A program made the position numbers and the translations under genes. A stretch of DNA of 63,676 bases, the filler included. It is 5 parts of 5 records of this genome, joined end to end, with 100 filler letters (N's around TTAATTAATTAA, not from the genome) between each part and the next. Parts side by side here need not be neighbours in the genome. Positions count along the whole stretch, not along the records: positions 58,240 to 63,676 come from DRR378314_1915; 4 more parts are not named here. One strand, written 5' to 3'. Positions within the stretch are counted from its first letter, which is position 1; each line of letters opens with the position of its first letter. Positions 63,322 through 63,676 of the stretch are shown here, one piece after another. The notes under the pieces are model-generated. The model searched no databases. It was not told the DNA's origin and saw only the letters and a list, made by a program, of their open reading frames with translations.

Positions 63322-63676
63322 TTAGCCCATCGAGGCCATCATTTCGCGGCCCACCAACATGCGCCTGATCTCTGACGTACCCGCACCAATCTCCATCAGC
63401 TTGGCATCACGGAAAATCCGGCCCACAGGGTTGTCGGACAGATAACCAGCACCGCCCATTGCCTGAACCGCCTGATGCGCCTGCACCATCGCCTGCTCCG
63501 AGGCATAAAGACAGCAGGCCGCCGCATCCTGACGGGTCACATCACCACGATCACAGGCCTTGGCGACCTCGTAAACATAGGCCCGGGCCGAGTTCATTGC
63601 CGTGTACATATCGGCCATCTTGCCCTGCATCAGTTGGAAATTGCCAATCGGCTGGCCGAACTGTTTGCGCTCGGCC
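63322..63676 (-). CDS. ivdH: Isovaleryl-CoA dehydrogenase, 3' end (partial)
   Basis: ERKQFGQPIGNFQLMQGKMADMYT...QAMGGAGY...RDAKLMEIGAGTSEIRRMLVGRE, the acyl-CoA dehydrogenase C-terminus, located upstream of mccB/mccA. Confidence 0.88.
   Translation of the reverse strand, partial: AERKQFGQPIGNFQLMQGKMADMYTAMNSARAYVYEVAKACDRGDVTRQDAAACCLYASEQAMVQAHQAVQAMGGAGYLSDNPVGRIFRDAKLMEIGAGTSEIRRMLVGREMMASMG

Noticed and set aside
58140..63676. Bacterial operon as horizontal transfer into the eukaryote
   Set aside because: The junction is an N-linker, and there are no introns or flanking eukaryotic DNA on that contig.
1..63676. tRNA, rRNA, CRISPR arrays, telomeric arrays, transposases
   Set aside because: None seen by eye: GTTCGA hits lack cloverleaf context and TTAGGG occurs only as isolated copies. 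A covariance-model scan was not possible.

Overview
This window is not one continuous locus. It is five contigs joined by artificial 100-nt linkers (44N-TTAATTAATTAA-44N at 24331-24430, 32754-32853, 46242-46341 and 58140-58239). Contigs 1-4 (1-58139) come from an intron-rich, GC/CpG-rich eukaryote, probably a protist, with canonical GT-AG introns and the standard genetic code. Most of the supplied six-frame ORFs there are spurious. Manual splicing recovers these genes: MCM8 3' end, a UAA/SLC35B nucleotide-sugar transporter, a short COX4-like gene, VAMP7, a TRF-like (telobox-type) Myb protein, a CTC1-like protein, SAM synthetase, the 3' end of a DmpA/S58 peptidase, a Tul1/FLY1-type RING E3 ligase, a two-pore channel (TPC), FAM192A/NIP30, a histidine acid phosphatase and a FAM227/FWWh protein. 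Contig 5 (58240-63676) is bacterial (Rhodobacteraceae-like): a leucine-catabolism operon of isovaleryl-CoA dehydrogenase, acyl-CoA synthetase and methylcrotonyl-CoA carboxylase beta and alpha subunits. I found no convincing new multi-gene system. The best leads are an atypical TPC, a full-length protist CTC1-like gene, a divergent telobox-like Myb, an intron-bearing DmpA peptidase and the chimeric nature of the assembly. All family assignments come from my recognition of motifs, not from database searches.
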